A stretch of 64,000 nucleotides of DNA from Vicugna vicugna (taxonomy: Eukaryota), in assembly GCA_013265495.1 (NCBI GenBank), contig MU058059.1, positions 1,302,001-1,366,000 of the forward strand. The letters run 5' to 3'. The notes beneath the pieces are model-generated. The model was not told the origin of the DNA. It did not search any database and saw only the letters and a program-made list of their open reading frames with translations. The translations under genes and the position numbers were made by a program. Shown piece after piece: positions 1 to 14,100 of this stretch; the stretch's first letter is position 1, and each line of letters starts with the position of its first letter.

Positions 1-30
1 AGAAATAGGTATAATCAGTACACCTCTTAC

Positions 31-93
31 CTCTTTCTTGAAGCACTTGGCGTGCTCTTCGCAGCCCAGGAGAGACCGCACAAACTCCACCAC
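31..93 (-). CDS. L3MBTL4: L3MBTL4 coding exon (63 bp), SAM domain N-terminal part: VVEFVRSLLGCEEHAKCFKKE
   Basis: Minus strand reads cag|GTG GTG GAG...AAG AAA GAG|gtaag: canonical acceptor and donor, phase 0/0. Peptide matches the recalled L3MBTL4 SAM segment (VAEFVQSLLGCEEHAKCFKKE). The final exon (QIDGKAFLLL...) would lie left of position 1. Confidence 0.95.
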
Positions 94-3000
94 CTGCAGC
101 GCAAGATGAAAAGCCTGATTTAAAACACCCACCTGAAATAACACCTTGGGCTGCAGTCATTCAGCGTGTGAGTGAAATACACTTCAGATCCCTCCAGCAC
201 TCGGGACGTAAATGAGCAGTGACTCCCCAGGCACAGGGGCCTGTGCTCGGAAACCTTTCCGGCCTCTCACCTCCAGGCTGACCTGCGTTGGGTTACAGGT
301 GTCAGGACGCCGACGACTGTCCCCACTTGTGCGGAGGCTTGGCGTCCAGAACCTTCTGTCAGATCGTCCTATCCACCCTGTGGCGTCAGTTGTGACAGTG
401 AAAAATGAGTTGGATGTCGCCTGGTAAGAGCCACTGTGCTTGTGAAAGGTCCCTCACAGGCAGGGGGCTGAGGGTCGTAGTGGGAAAATTAAAGAGAAAA
501 CTGGGACTGGGAACCAGCTGAAGAGCGTGTTGTCGCTCGCTCACCAGTTCCTGGGGAGAGCCGCCAGCACCAGGGCCCTGGGCTCCCGCCAGGGTGTCCT
601 GTAAATACGGGCCCCAGGAACTTCTCAGAAAAGGGGTGTGTGTGGCTTTGACGCTTTTCAGGGGTTAAAGTGTCCTTTTCTGGGCAAACAGATTTTGAAA
701 AGAAGGGTCACACTCCCTCTTAGTATCGTGAGCCAAGAAATCACTGTCCATGTAGGAGGGAGATTGGATTTTTTTAATGGGGAAAAATAATGTGCTAAAG
801 CAGAGAGTGAAAAGAGCCACCGTACTGACGAGGGTGGCCCCGGGCCGGGCCAGCACAGCCCCTCGCTGTCCCGTCCCGCTGTCCTTTACTGTCTTCCTTG
901 GACAGTTTTACCACGTGTCTGAGATCCTCGGTCTTTTTGGAAAGAGATTCTGATTTTTTTCCAAAGTAAAGAACGTAGTCCATGAAATCTACTAAGGCAG
1001 ACTTTTCTAGCCAGAATTTTAAAGTACCCAGAGGCCTGGGTCCTTGTCTTGGTATTACTGTTCAATACTGCTGGTCAGGATTTATCCCTCTGAGAATCAA
1101 TTCCACTCTGAGCTCTCACAGGAGCCTGTTTGCTACAAACTTTCTTAAAAGTAACAGACCACAGAGGAGTATGAGACAGGTTCCTCTCGCTCTCCCCTGA
1201 AGCACCGTGGTCCCCGCAGAGATGGCCTCACGGAGCCAACTCCACGTGGGAGGAAGCTGCTGTCCTTCATCCTTTGCCTCCGCCCAGGACGCCCAGCACA
1301 CCTGGAGTGGAGGAGGGGTGCTCGGGAGCGCAGCGTCCCACAGCCTACACCCAGGCTTTGTTTTGGGAGGACACTGAGTAAGTTAGTTCTGGGGATGACA
1401 GCAGTTTGGAAAGACTTGAGAGAGGCTGTGCAGGCCCTGAGCTGAGCCCATTACCTCCCTGCCTGGCGTCCTCCTGGGCCCTGGTGGTGGGGCTGCTGCT
1501 CCCCTAACTCTCCCCAGATGCAGGTGTTTTCCTCTCACTGACACTGTCCTGGCTGTCGGTCCACCAGGGACCGTGTTTCCAGCCCAGGGCTCATTTCTTA
1601 GCAGTGGAATTTATTATTTGCGCTGTTTCAGGGCCTGACTGTGTAAGGCTGCTGTGCTTAGTGAGCAGTATCCTGAATTTTTCAAAACACTCAGCCCTGT
1701 GTGAAGACTGCTCTTAAAGCGACCACTGTCTTTAAGAGTAAAGGGAAATGTAGGGAGCACTTGGATGAGGCCTGGGCGATTTAGATGCGCTGCTTTAAAA
1801 GGCACCTTTGAATGCAAGAAAGAAAAGTTCCCAGACAGGCACCAAGCACCCTGAGCCCCACCCGTGGCTATAATGTACGTCCGTGGCGCATCCAGGCCAC
1901 GTGTGCCCACGGACACCTGGCAGGAGGGGCTGCAGAAAATTCACCACCTAATTCACTCACTCACTCACTCGTCACACACCTGCTCTGGCAAGTTACTTGC
2001 TATCAAGATGGAAAAAGATCTACAAATAATTTAGTCCCTTCTTTTCAACGCTTGTGCCTCCTACAGAACACTTCCACAACCAGAGTAAGAAATACACTTC
2101 CCAGGGACCACGGCTTGAGTGTGTGCACGCCCACATATTTCTAACAAGCCTTCCACAAAACAAAAACCATTACCACAGCAATGTACTTTCATCTGGCCTT
2201 GTGTCTCCTTTTAGAACCGCTCAGTTGACTCCACAGCCTGCCCGAGCTTTGAGAGACTCTGCTCTAGCGCAAACAGCCACGCGGCAAAGGAGTTACAAGC
2301 CGGCCCCCACCTCCAGGCGCTGTGACAGATGCTCCGGTACACGCTCGGAGGGGAGCTCTCCCCCAGGCCAGGAAGAAGGCCGAGAGGGAGCATCCGTGCG
2401 CTGCCGGAGCCAGCAGCTGCCTGGAGTCTCCCTGGATGGCGCATAACACGAGGACCGCAAGCCATTTCAACATGCCTGCCCCTGGCCGCTGAGCTCCCGC
2501 TCCGATGCTCTGCCCAGAGGGAACACAGCAGAGAGAACAGCCCTCCTATCCCTGCTGGCCCCGACCTACCGGACCTCTCAACCCCACCCACCACTGTTGA
2601 CCCAGCGTCTAGAACAGCAGCTCTGCGGTGGAACCTGGAATGCCCCCAGGGAGCCCCCTTCTGACGGGCTGCCCTATTTTCGAGGCTCCAAGCAGAACAG
2701 TCACAAAGCCCACACTCTGAACCATCAGATTCTCCTGGAGGACCAATCTTGGTACTAGAACATGTGCGGCAGAATGTGAGAATACAGCCAGGAGCGTAGG
2801 ACGTGGTCGGATGAGAGGCCTGCGGCTCCGCAGTGAGAAGCTGCTCCCCGCCCCCGCCCCAGTCCCCACTGTCCTTTCAAGGGCAAACCCGTCCGTCCGT
2901 GGTTCTATTACCAGCACAGCAGGTTTTAATTCTCTCAGTCGGCTCTGAACTGTTAAGAGTTCACTGACTACAGATGGGGCGAGGGGAGGCCCCGCATACT

Positions 3001-3850
3001 CTGCAGGGAGCAGCGTCACCTTTAGTCGCCCCCTGCCCCCAGCAAATGCCTGGCCCGTCTAGTTGTCTCCGTTCCGCAGGAGCCTCCCAGCAGGGCCCCC
3101 ACTCCACGGGGAGGGTGCCGGGCATGTGAGCTGCCGAGGGGAGCGGGGGCAGCGACCGGACCTCAGCCTCTGCCTCCTGCTCCTTGTCTGGGGCTGGAAA
3201 GGAAGCCTCAAAGTGAGACTAAGTCAAGTTGGCCGCAGTGAGCTCAAGGAACATTCTGTGACTAACTGAACTCCAGCATCACTGTCTCGTCCTCAGAGTG
3301 ACTCAGGGTTTTCTTCATTTAAAAAAAAAATAAAGACCTGACATGTGAAAACAACACCTTGATCAAAAGAAACGTCGAAGAGTGTGTGACTTTAAGTGTG
3401 AAATGTTGCCACAGCATCACAGTGAGCAGTGGCACTTACCTGGTCCTTCTTCAAAGCCAGTACTGTCAAGCATGTTGACACTGAAGTCGAATCCACTCCC
3501 CCGCTCTGCACTGCTGTGATCTAATTTACTTCACAAATAAACCCGAGGTTGACCTGATCCCCTGTGGCTATGGAAGGACACGGGGCTGCTGGGAGTGAGG
3601 ACTCAGAGTCCCCGGGCCTTGGGCATAGGGTGTCCGGTGGGGGGTGCTGGCCCAGGGCTGCAGGGACGTGAGCCTGGAGGCTTGGGATCCTCAACCTGAA
3701 TCAGCCCTGGGTGTGGGGTGGGCAGGTGATGGCGAGGGTGCATGAGGCTGGGGAGGGCAGGGCCGGACCAAAGGGCTTCCCTACCTTTCTCCCTGCAGTG
3801 TGGCTCTGGAATGTGAGCGTCCATCCCAGGGACCCAGAGCAGCTGCTCAC

Positions 3851-4020
3851 CTCATCCACTGTCCACTGGGCCACCTCGCCAGCCCGGACATCAGCCACGC
3901 CTGGGAGTAGCTTGCGATGCTGCTCGCGGCCGAGGGGAAGGACCCGGAAAGGCTGGGCCGACAGGGCCGACGTGAAGACTGACAGGTGCAGCACCTGCTG
4001 GGTCCGCTGGGCCGAGTGCT
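3851..4020 (-). CDS. L3MBTL4: L3MBTL4 coding exon (170 bp): (E)HSAQRTQQVLHLSVFTSALSAQPFRVLPLGREQHRKLLPGVADVRAGEVAQWTVDE
   Basis: Acceptor tcccttgcag| (4021-4030 on minus) and donor GAG|gtgag. Lies within ORF 3701..4135(-). LPLGREQH.KLLPGVAD...WTVDE matches the recalled L3MBTL4 pre-SAM region. Phase 1 start and phase 0 end fit both neighbouring exons. Confidence 0.95.
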
Positions 4021-6929
4021 CTGCAAGGGAGGCAGCGCTGCAGTGAGGTGGCAGCTGGCCAGCGCCCCCTCCACCGGGGCTGGGGTCAGACACGGCGGAA
4101 CCCTGGGCAGATGGCGTCCCCAAGCACGGTGACACCGCTGCTCTCTCAAATAACGGTCGTGAGAAACGTGTTATTCAGTCCCCAAGACTGGCTATTTGCT
4201 AATAAGCAGGTTCGGTGATCTCTGTGACACACTGATGCCAATGAAGAGCCAGCCTGTCACTGCCACTGGCCTCTCTCCCTGGGTCAGAAGTCAGAGCAGT
4301 ACAGAGCCTTGTGGAACATGGCTGTAAGTGGATCGCACACCAGCCACTGCGGACATGCAGAGACAGAGCGTGGTTCCTCCCTGGAAGCCACTGCATCTGT
4401 CACAATGGCCCGGGGCCACGTCTGGCTTCCAGGGTTCCCTGGGGCACACCGAAAGTGGGATCAGCACAGGGTCCCGGGAGAACTTGGGGCAGCTGCCGCT
4501 GTAGGTCCCCATGAGACACAGTGGCCTCACTGGGCTTGGGGAAACCGCTGCAGCTGAGAGCTGGCAGCCTGGCCCAGACTCTTAAATGGGCCCTCCGTGG
4601 GGAGCAGAGAGTGGGCCGTGGTCCTAAGGCTCGAAGAGCCTGTCCTGCCCCATACCGGCTGCTGGTCACCAAGGAGTAAGACTTCATGTCTGCCCACCTC
4701 TCCCAGGCTTTCTGAACTAGTTTCCACCTGCAAGCAGGACGTTATAGTCTTCTGTGACATCCTGACATTCAGGTGGGAACGTGGATCTCAATTGTCTATA
4801 ATTATTTTGCTTTGGCTGTACAAATGGTTAAGGGGCAAAACCACTATAGAGATTTCAGAGAAAACCCGTACCTTCACAATGACATCTTTTAAGATACTTT
4901 CAACACACGTTAGCCAAATAAAGCTGTTGATATTTTAAAAGATTTCTGAAAGACCACTAAAGAAAATGTTTTAAGCCCTCTAAAGGTCTGCCTTTCCTAA
5001 TGCAAATGCCAGGTTCAGGAAGCAGTAACCACAGAATTTAAAGTCAGTTATGAAGGTCTGTGTTTCACTAACGACGTCTGAAGAGCTATTATGCAAATAT
5101 TTCCACCTCAAGTTAATTACAGTTTTCAGTAGGGAAGGCTGACCTGCACTTGCACGCGCGCAGAATCACTGCCTGGTGAGCGACCAGAGAGGCTCTGAAC
5201 CATAAAGGAGCCCGTCGCTCACCGCCCAACTGCTGGGCACAGCCAGCCTGCGCAGCGGCCCAGGCGTGCTGTCTCACAGGTAGAGAGACAGCAAGATTGC
5301 AGCTTTCTCCCAATTCTTATGCTCCAGTTGCAAACAGCAGCAAATTCATCTCTCAATGCTGACTGTCCAGCACTGACCTTTTTAGTATGTAAATAGGTTA
5401 TCTCCTCCATGTGGTTCAGCCAACAGTCTGCAAGGCTGCCGGTTTGGAAGGGAAACCACATCTTCAGAAAACCAGTACGTTTACAAATGCGAATATTCGT
5501 AATGAAGCTGTCAGGTTGGACAGGAACATGTACAAAGCCAGCCCTGGAAACCCAGGGTGCACGCGTCACAGGGCAGGTCTGCAGGCCCGGACACGCACTC
5601 GCGAGGGCTCTCCTGGGAAGCCGAGAGGTAAAGCTCTGTGCTCTCGGGGATTAAGACCTGAGCCAAAGCCGGGCTTTATTCTGGAAAAGAATCAACGCGT
5701 CAGTCGGCTGCTTTTGCTGAAATAGCGTGGGCTTAAAGAACAAAGCACATCTGTATCTCAAACCCAGGCCCGGGGTAAATCAATCGTGTGTAGTTTGGGA
5801 GACATACAGAGCTCTGAAAAGACACAAGGAATGAGTCCTGTGTTTCGGAGGAATGGAGATGTGATGGTGATCACATTCCTGTGATTCGCAAGTCAAGGCT
5901 GCAGGCCTTCAAGATGTAAGAGAACCCCACTGCGCTGCCCGGCAGGAGCGCTTCCCACCCACACGGAACTCTGGAAGCAGACTGCCTGGGGCGCTGAGGT
6001 GTCCACCTGGAAGTAAACCCGCGGCGTGGCTGGCAGCTATGGGGAGCACTGGGCCCCTCCGCCCGCGGCTGCTCCTGGCTCTCACCCTGGAGGATGCGGA
6101 CTCGGTTGGCCCAGGTAGTGAGATGGCCTTCAGGTCACAACTCCGGGGAGGGAGGGAGCCCAGCCTGGTGTCGCACACTTGAACCCAGGCAGCTTTACGC
6201 TCTCAGCAGCTTTTGAATTCCATCTGTGTCCCAATTAAATCAATCTGTCTGTTTGAAAGATGGCTGGACGTGTGGCGGGCTGAGCAGAGCTCAGCGGGGA
6301 GGGGCTCGGGATGCAGGAGGAGCAGCCGGGGCCAGGCCCCTCCCCGGAGCACGCAGGCTCTCTGTGCGTTGGCAACTTCGGGCTTGGGGGAGGCGTGCCA
6401 GAGTTACACGCTGACCGCAGGTCACATTTCTGCTGTTACGGGCTTTACAGTGTGAGACGGAAAGTCAGAAAGTTGAGTTTTCCTGCTCCAAAAGACATGA
6501 GTTGGGTTAGGGTGGGCGGCCCTGAGCAGGGAGTTCGCAGTAACCAGCCTGCCACCACCAAGACGCAGCTGGAGCTGCCAGTGCCTACCGTGCGGAGCTG
6601 GCGGGTGGGGAAGAGGTGTGTCCGTGGGAGAACACGGCAACCGAGCATCCGGTGACAGGTGCTACTCTGAGCTCCTGAGGTCAGGGCTGCCGCTCTACCA
6701 GGGAACTTGCATTGTTCAAAGTTAACACAACGCAAGACCAATCCTCCGGGAGTCACGTGAGACAGAGATAACATTTTGGAGCGTGTTTCATGGTGGCTTT
6801 TTCGCCGCCTTTGTAGCATTTCCCAGCTCTGATTTTCCTCCACAGCTGACGGATTTGGGGTGGGGTCCTCAGTTCCAGCTGAGAGAGGACTGTGGCATCA
6901 GGGGAAGGGCGGGTCCCCAGCCCACCTGG

Positions 6930-7060
6930 CTGTGAATCCTGGTCCTAGGTAGCTGCTGAGTGGCCTTGGGTGAGATGCGTAACTCCTATGTATCGAGGTT
7001 TTTCATCTTTAAAGTGGGGTAATGACAGTAGTTACACCTCCCTGAGTTGCTAGGATTAGA
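6930..7060 (+). mobile_element. MIR SINE fragment
   Basis: gccttgggtgag...tttttcatctttaaagtggggtaatgacagta...ggattagaa resembles the MIR core. Confidence 0.65.
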
Positions 7061-7107
7061 ACGGCTCCTAGCACGTACGTGTTCAGTGCATTTTAGATGC
7101 TGCACTA

Positions 7108-7919
7108 CAGCAGACCCCCTGAGTCGTGGGGGACACGTCCCAAGCCCCCAGCGGATGCCTGACATGGGGGATAGTACCGAACCCTATGCGCACTATGTTC
7201 CCCCGCCCCGTACGTGCGTACCTAGGGTGAAGTATAATTTATAAGTTAGGCACAGTGTGAGATTAACAGCAATAGCGATGAACTACGACAATCATAAAAA
7301 TATACTGTAATACAAGTTACATAAATATGGTCTTTCTCTCTCAAAATATCATACTGTCCAAATTTAATGTCTTTTGCATCTCAACTGAGCACTTATCAAG
7401 CCCTGTGACCGTAACTTTTGCACTTTGAGGTGTGAGAGCAAAACTAGAACAAACTTTTTTTTCTTCTTCACAATTTCAAGGATAGGAGATTTGTTCTTAC
7501 CAGAGATCTTATAAGCAGTCTCAGCAAACAACTTCTTTTCTTTCCTTATAAGTGGAGAACTTTCACCCTTCCACTTAAAGGAAGCACTTTATAAGATTTC
7601 TCTGTGGCACGTCCCAGTCGCCAGTGTCAGTATGTTCGGCCTGGGGCCAAGATTCAGTGAAGTAAGGGTCACTTGAACGCAGACCCTGCATAACACGGAG
7701 ACGGACCTGATAGCCGAGGGCTACCGAGCGACCAAAGGGCGGGATGCTCGGGGTGGAGGGATGAGTCGGGTCCTGGGGGAGTGGACAGTGGGAACAGCAC
7801 CCAGTTAAGAACTTGTGAAGTGTCTATTTCTAGAACTTTCCACAATATTTTTGGACCACAGTCAACTACAGGTAACTGAAATGGTGGAAAGCAAAAACTG
7901 GGATGAAGCGGGACTGCTG
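7108..7919 (+). mobile_element. MER44 (Tigger7-derived, TcMar-Tigger) non-autonomous DNA transposon with both ends
   Basis: Starts cagcagacccc, ends gggactgctg (degenerate TIRs), TA on both sides (7106-7107, 7920-7921). Internal gatagtaccgaaccctat...ttaggcacagt...gagattaaca is typical of MER44. Confidence 0.85.
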
Positions 7920-7936
7920 TATTGTTACAGGATACA

Positions 7937-8139
7937 GTTTGGGATCAGCAGATACAACTGCTGTGCGTAAAACACATACACAAGGTCCTACCTACTGTAA
8001 GCTCCAGGAACTATTCAACGGCTTGTAATAACCTATCCTGAGAAACAATCTGGAAAGAACATAGACACGTATAACTGAATCACTACACTGTACACCAGAA
8101 ACAACTCTGTAAATCAACTATACTTCAATAATAAAAAAA
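7937..8139 (+). mobile_element. L1 3' UTR end, artiodactyl-type, 5'-truncated
   Basis: tataactgaatcactacactgtacaccagaaac...gtaaatcaactatacttcaataa followed by an A-tail. Confidence 0.8.
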
Positions 8140-11100
8140 GATATTTTAAGTTGTAACAACAGTGAATGTACGGACTTACAAAACTTCAAAGCCAGGGTGG
8201 CTAGAAGTGCCTGCGTAACGCCTGTGGAAGCTGAAATTCACATCGACGCTCAGGATCTTTAGGGCCATGTTTGGATTTCACACCCCGGGGTCACCGGAAT
8301 CACCTGCAGGGTCCTGGTGAGCGCGGCTCCCCTGGCTGCGGCAGGGAGGGGCATCTGCGCTGATTTGCATGCGGCCACAAGTGCCCCGTTCACGTGTGCC
8401 CACCCGCCAGCTTTGAAATTCTGTGGCTCTAGACAGGCTTTAGGAGGGGGGGTGGTATGCATTAGCTTACATTTTGTGCATAAAGTCCGCCTTTTGAAAA
8501 TACCCACTTAAAACCTTGCATACATTTTTTAAATCAGATAGGAACACACTGGTCTGACGTCACCAAGCCTAGCACAACTCCCACCACTTGATGGCCAAGC
8601 AGTTAAAGAGCAGAGCCTGTGGCGCAGGTGTACGCTGCCCACAGAGACTACACTCATAAAATCAGAAGCATCAGATTTTTCTATCTGGGGACATTTTGAA
8701 TACATGGAGGCTTCCTGGTTGGGAAAGGATGTCCACCATGAAGGGGGCAGGAAGGGTCTCTAACTGGGCCCCAAATTTCATCCATGAGGCCCAGCTCCCC
8801 TAACACAGCCAAGAAAACTCAGGCTGCAAATGCAGCCCTGCCACCGGAGGTTCTGATATTTTAATTAATCAAAATGCCTTTTGCATCAGAAAATGAAATG
8901 GATGTGTAATCCTGGCCTTGCCTCCAACACTAATGTGTGAGTGACAATAAATAAAGCTATGCCTACACTTAAGATACTTCCCCCCTTTCAGAAAAGTGTG
9001 CAATGCTTCTCACCTCAGTGGTTTGCCATTTGTAGAACAGTTTGGTTGGAAGACTTTTTTGCTACTATTTTTCTCTCACTGGGTGTTTCTTTGGGGTTTT
9101 ATGCCTTAAAAAATATAACGGAGTGTTTAATGATTTCAGTCAAAGGGCACTCTCAAATTCCTGTGGCCGGCACATTCAACTCCGTGTCCAGCTCCAGGAC
9201 ATAAGGGGGCCCTGCCTAGAGCATCATAGAGCATCATGGCTTGCCCGGGACCCGAGTCCCTCAGGCACGTTAGGACGGGAGGGGACAAACAGTTCCATCG
9301 CAAAAAGCATGAAGTCTTTTCCTGCAGAGGCAACAACTTGCTTGGAAGGTGCGGGCGGACTTGCCCAAGTCCGTGCACAGTCATATGTGACTCGGGGGCT
9401 GCCTTTGGGTGAAATGACCGAACAGACCCGTGGCATCTGCAGAGTCTGCTTCCAGAATTTAGACCTAAGAAAGGTATTCAGAGACTAAATGATTTTAATT
9501 TCTGAAAATAACATGGAAGCAGGTCCCTGATTTCTCCTCTGCCCTTCTCTCTCATCCTTCCCACTCCTGCTCAGCCCCCACGGGCAAAAAGCATCCTTTA
9601 TGGAAATGCTCTTTGCAAATACAGCTGTTTCTTCACAAAGGCTCACACAGCAAAACTGAAGCAGTGAGTCACCAGAGGTGGCATGGCTGGGCCTTGAGTG
9701 ACTTAATCCCACTAAAAACAGAGGCCATTTCATAAGTCCCCTCTTCAATGAAGGGGACAGGAATTCCACAAGCTCTCCATTCCTAAGAGAAGGAAGCAAA
9801 ATGACAAACTTGCAGGCGGTACCAATACCCAATTCCTTGGTTCCCCTGGCCTGGAGGGGCCACACCTGTGCGCCGCCCAGGACAGGTGCTTAACGCCGAC
9901 GGACTGCCGGGCCGTCTGAGGGGCTTCACTGAAGAGAAATGCAGGGCGCGTGCCGACTCAGTCTGTGCCAGTGCACACGGCCACATTCCGTCCTGCGGGC
10001 TCTTCTTGGCCAAACACACTCATGACTGAGCAGGCTGGAAACTGTGATATAACTAGCCCCTCACTTTCATACTTGAGAAGCAGAGAGTGCCTGGTTTCAC
10101 TTTAACAAAAGTGCAGAAAAATCCATGTTAACTTTTGACACATTAGTCATCCAAGAAAAGACTTCAGTGCCGCCTAGTCTTTGAGGCTAAAGGCTGACCT
10201 TTTAGTTTAATAGCGGCTTCACACAGCTGGGGACATCGATCATGAAGTTCCTCTGATGGAATACTGCCGCCGTCTCGCCCAGCGTGCCCCCTCCCCCAGC
10301 GTGTCTCTTCCATCCTCTGCAAGGCCGCTTCTCACTTGTCAAGGTGAGACCACAATGGAATGAACACTAACGGCAACTTGACCGAGAACTGGACTTGCTC
10401 TTCCCCAGGAGGGCGCCCCCTCCCCATCCGGGGCCGTCCTGCCGCCTCCCCGTGCAGGGACGGAAGCGCAAATCATGTTGGGTCGGGATCACAAAGGGAA
10501 GGAGGTCGCTGCCGTCTTTGCACACGTGTGAGTGTGACAGATGAAAGCAGCACTGTGTGTGTGAAGGAACTAAGTCAGCGGTGGATGGCAGTGCCGGACT
10601 GGAAGGAGCAACACATCCTGGAGGCAAAACCCTCTGAGTTGAGGGCGGTGTGCAGGCCCCTCCTTGGCTGGCAGCCCAGCGTGCCAGCCAGGCTCTGAGC
10701 TCCCTGGGCTCCGGTCTTGTGGAGGCTGGGAGGCCAGTGCACTACTCCGAGTACAAAGCTTAAAACCTCTGGGCTGCCCTCTGGGGGCAGACGCCACGTG
10801 CCGTTTCTCCAGCACACCAGGACGCACCCCCGCCCCATAGCTGTTTGTTGACAAGTGACAAGGGAGGCGGAAGTCGCGGGACGGGGCAGAAGAACGGATA
10901 CTTCCTGCCTGATGAGAAGCTGACTGCCTTCTGCCCCCTGCTCGTGGACATGCCATGAGCGATGCTTTCCTGGCCGTGCCTGCCCATTCCCTGGCCTGCC
11001 CTCTTCCGGAGGCCAGACACACTGCTGGAACAATGGGTCCATGGGTGCTCAGCCTGATCAGAGCATCCCCAGGCCAAACGGGGAGGGTGCCAGGTTTCCG

Positions 11101-14100
11101 GGGCTCATGGTGACACCCAGCCTACCCGCCAGGAGCACTCAGACTGACCAACACACACTGGAATGAACCCGGGGCTCCCGGACCCCTGGGCTTTGGAGAG
11201 CTCTGCCAGCACCTTCCTGCCCGATTCCCTGCACACAGAGATCACGCGTTTTACCCCTAAGTGTCTGCAGGGCTCCTTGGCCTGTCTCACCTGCTAATTA
11301 CAGGAAGCACAGTGGGCGGCCAAGATTGGAAGATAGATGGGCAAACCAAACAATATTAAGGCCCATTTCCCTTGTTATAAGAAATAAAGAATTTTGGTAT
11401 TTTATTGGTATCAGTTTTTTCCTTCAAAAATATTAGAATTATAAAAAGAAATGCTATATTAACCTTTGAGAAAACTCTACTTTTTCTGGAGTTAGATCAA
11501 ACATGCAATCTCTCCATACTCTGCTTCACCTGTAGGTGGTAGGAGCAAGTACCTGGCCCGAATTAAAACCAACTGACGAGGCAGAGAGCTGATGAAGGAC
11601 ATCTGATGGGCCACAGCACTCTGCATTTCCTCCTCTGTCTGAACAGCAAGCGTCCAGCTGCGTCCACCACCCAGGCACCCCCGCCCCGCGGCTGCCTCCC
11701 TCGTGCCCAGAGAGCCTGCCCTGAGCTGTCTCTCCTCCGTGCCTTGCCCGCTGGGTTCTGTGTGCAGAGCTGCCTTCCCGGGCCGGCCAAGCTGTAAACA
11801 GAGGCTGTCTTTGATACGTCAGCACAGGAGGCAAGAACATCCACTGGCCTGATGCACGGTCTCTAGCCGGAAACTCGCATCCTTCGTCAGAACTCCACGT
11901 GGAAGCCAGAACTAGGACCAGGGACGGGAGCAGCGGGACCCGGGCGGCAGAGTCTGCCCTGCACCCAGCCTGCCGTGTGCTCCGAGAAAGCACAGATGGA
12001 AAAACGTGGCTTTGCTGTTTTAAAACTAACCGGAATAAACTGCCGCACAGAGGAACCACGTGCACGACCCTGCTGTGTTTGCAGGCGCCCCTCACTGAGG
12101 CCGATTTTACACCCCCGGCCTGCCCGCCACAGTGGAGGCTCTCGCCACAGTGGCAGGCTGCCTAATTTCCATTTTTAAAAAGTACAAGAGGTTGGCTCAC
12201 AGTTGCGGTATTTACCACAGGCATGTGTAGAGAGGGAGGAATGTAAGGAGATAAGACAGTATGATCTGCCCTGCAATTATTATTATTAACTACATAATGA
12301 ATTCTATAATTAACGAATTAATAATAAATTAATTGATTACTGTCTTCCATTTATGTGATTATATATCACAAGATACACAATTTGAAAATTATATATTACA
12401 TACATAAATTTATGGGTATTAGTAAAAGTACCTATTCAGCAACTATTTACAGGCAACTTATAAGTAACTATTCCAAACCCATCATACCAGAAATTCAAGT
12501 AACATCCAAGGGGCAACTGAAGAAATGGGTTGAGGCTCCATACCTCAGCAGAGAGGCGACAGTGTCCTTGGATCTCTTACTTCAGGACGTGGAAACTGAC
12601 AGGACTCTGCTGGGGAGCCTGAGTCGCCTGTACCAGAGGGAGACTGCTGTACCCGAGGCCTCACTTCCCACACAAAGGGGATGCTGTCCTTGTAAGGATG
12701 GGGTCAACCTCTTTCTCAAGTAAATGACCCTCGTACACAAAACCCAGCTCCGTGCCTCTGCTGACAGTAACTGCACCTGGGATCAGTCATTTTCTTCTAA
12801 AGGCTGCCTTCCACCCGACGATGCCGTGGGAGTGAAGGAGGCTGCGTCCTAGGGACCAATGCTGATGGGCTGTCCAGTCGCACGGTCACCAGCTCGTGGC
12901 TGATGAACTAGAGAAGCTGGGAACCGACATGTGAATGACGGAGTCTGACTCTCAGAGACCCGCTGTAAGAGGCAAGCTGCTGGGACGTGGTGTCTGTGCG
13001 GGTGGGCGCGGGTTAAGGAAACCCGGTTGTATGAGAAACGAAGAGAACTGCAGCAGAGGCGAGTGTGGGCTCAGGTGAGCGGTCAGCACTCCCGGAACTC
13101 TGCCTGTTGTGACGGGTGGCATCCAGAAACGCTCTGCAGAGCCGCTAATAAGCCGTTTGAAACAGAAAACACTGAGAAGACGATCGAGTGGTGGCAGAGT
13201 GGCAGTGATGGGCAATGTGCCTGAAATAAACATCAAGCAGCGAGCTTCTCAGGCCAGACGACCCCTCCTCCTCCCCAGATAACCTGCGCATGCTCAGAAC
13301 GTGCAAGCTCCCCTCTTTGTCCGGTTCTCGCCACGGCCAGTGTCCTCACGTCGGACATTCCTCAGTGACACAGTGAGCCTGCACAGTGTCCAGTTTTATC
13401 CTAACTCAAACAGCAAGACCACTGAATCTCACCACCAGTGTCACAGTTCGGGGAAGTGAGGATAAATGACTGCGGCCGCAAGTCTGCCGGGTGACAGCAC
13501 TGCTGGACCCCATCACCGAGCTCCACCTTATTTTAGAACAGCCCCCACTCAGATCTGTTGCTGCCACTTTTATAAACCACCCAAAATGGCTGTTCTTCAG
13601 TCAATTTCATGGCCTCCTCTTTCCAGAGGTTTCCATGATGTCATTCAAAATGGAAGCCGACAACAGATGAACATAACTCCAAAGAAACTGCTAAACACAC
13701 TCAATTATGTGACTGTAACCACACCAGACATCCTCCATGTAACTGACTATTTGGGGAAAATGGCTTTCAAAGCATTTCAGAGGCAACTACACTTCAGACT
13801 TTGGAACAGCAAGGGGAGGCTCCAGGGGGTCCCCCATCCCTCATCTTAACAGATTATCCTTTCCAAGATGGGCTCCTGTTGCTCATGTTCCCATTTCTTC
13901 CTTGGGGAGAAAATTAACTGAAAGGCTAAAACAACTTGCATTCAGGGTGCATCTCAACCTTGTATCTGAATTATTTTTGAACTTTGGCTTTTCTGAATCG
14001 TGGGTAATGATCTAGGTGTCTTTAGGAGCATTTTTCCTCAGAAGAAAACAACTTTACAGCTGTAGATTACTGGCCCAAATCATATCAGTCAATTCTAGGT

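Noticed and set aside
3434..3442. Perfect minus-strand donor CAG|GTAAGT in the short intron
   Set aside because: No convincing upstream acceptor or polypyrimidine tract; the flanking exons already join in frame.
11526..12095. 189-aa minus-strand ORF
   Set aside because: No recognisable protein similarity or supporting splice structure.
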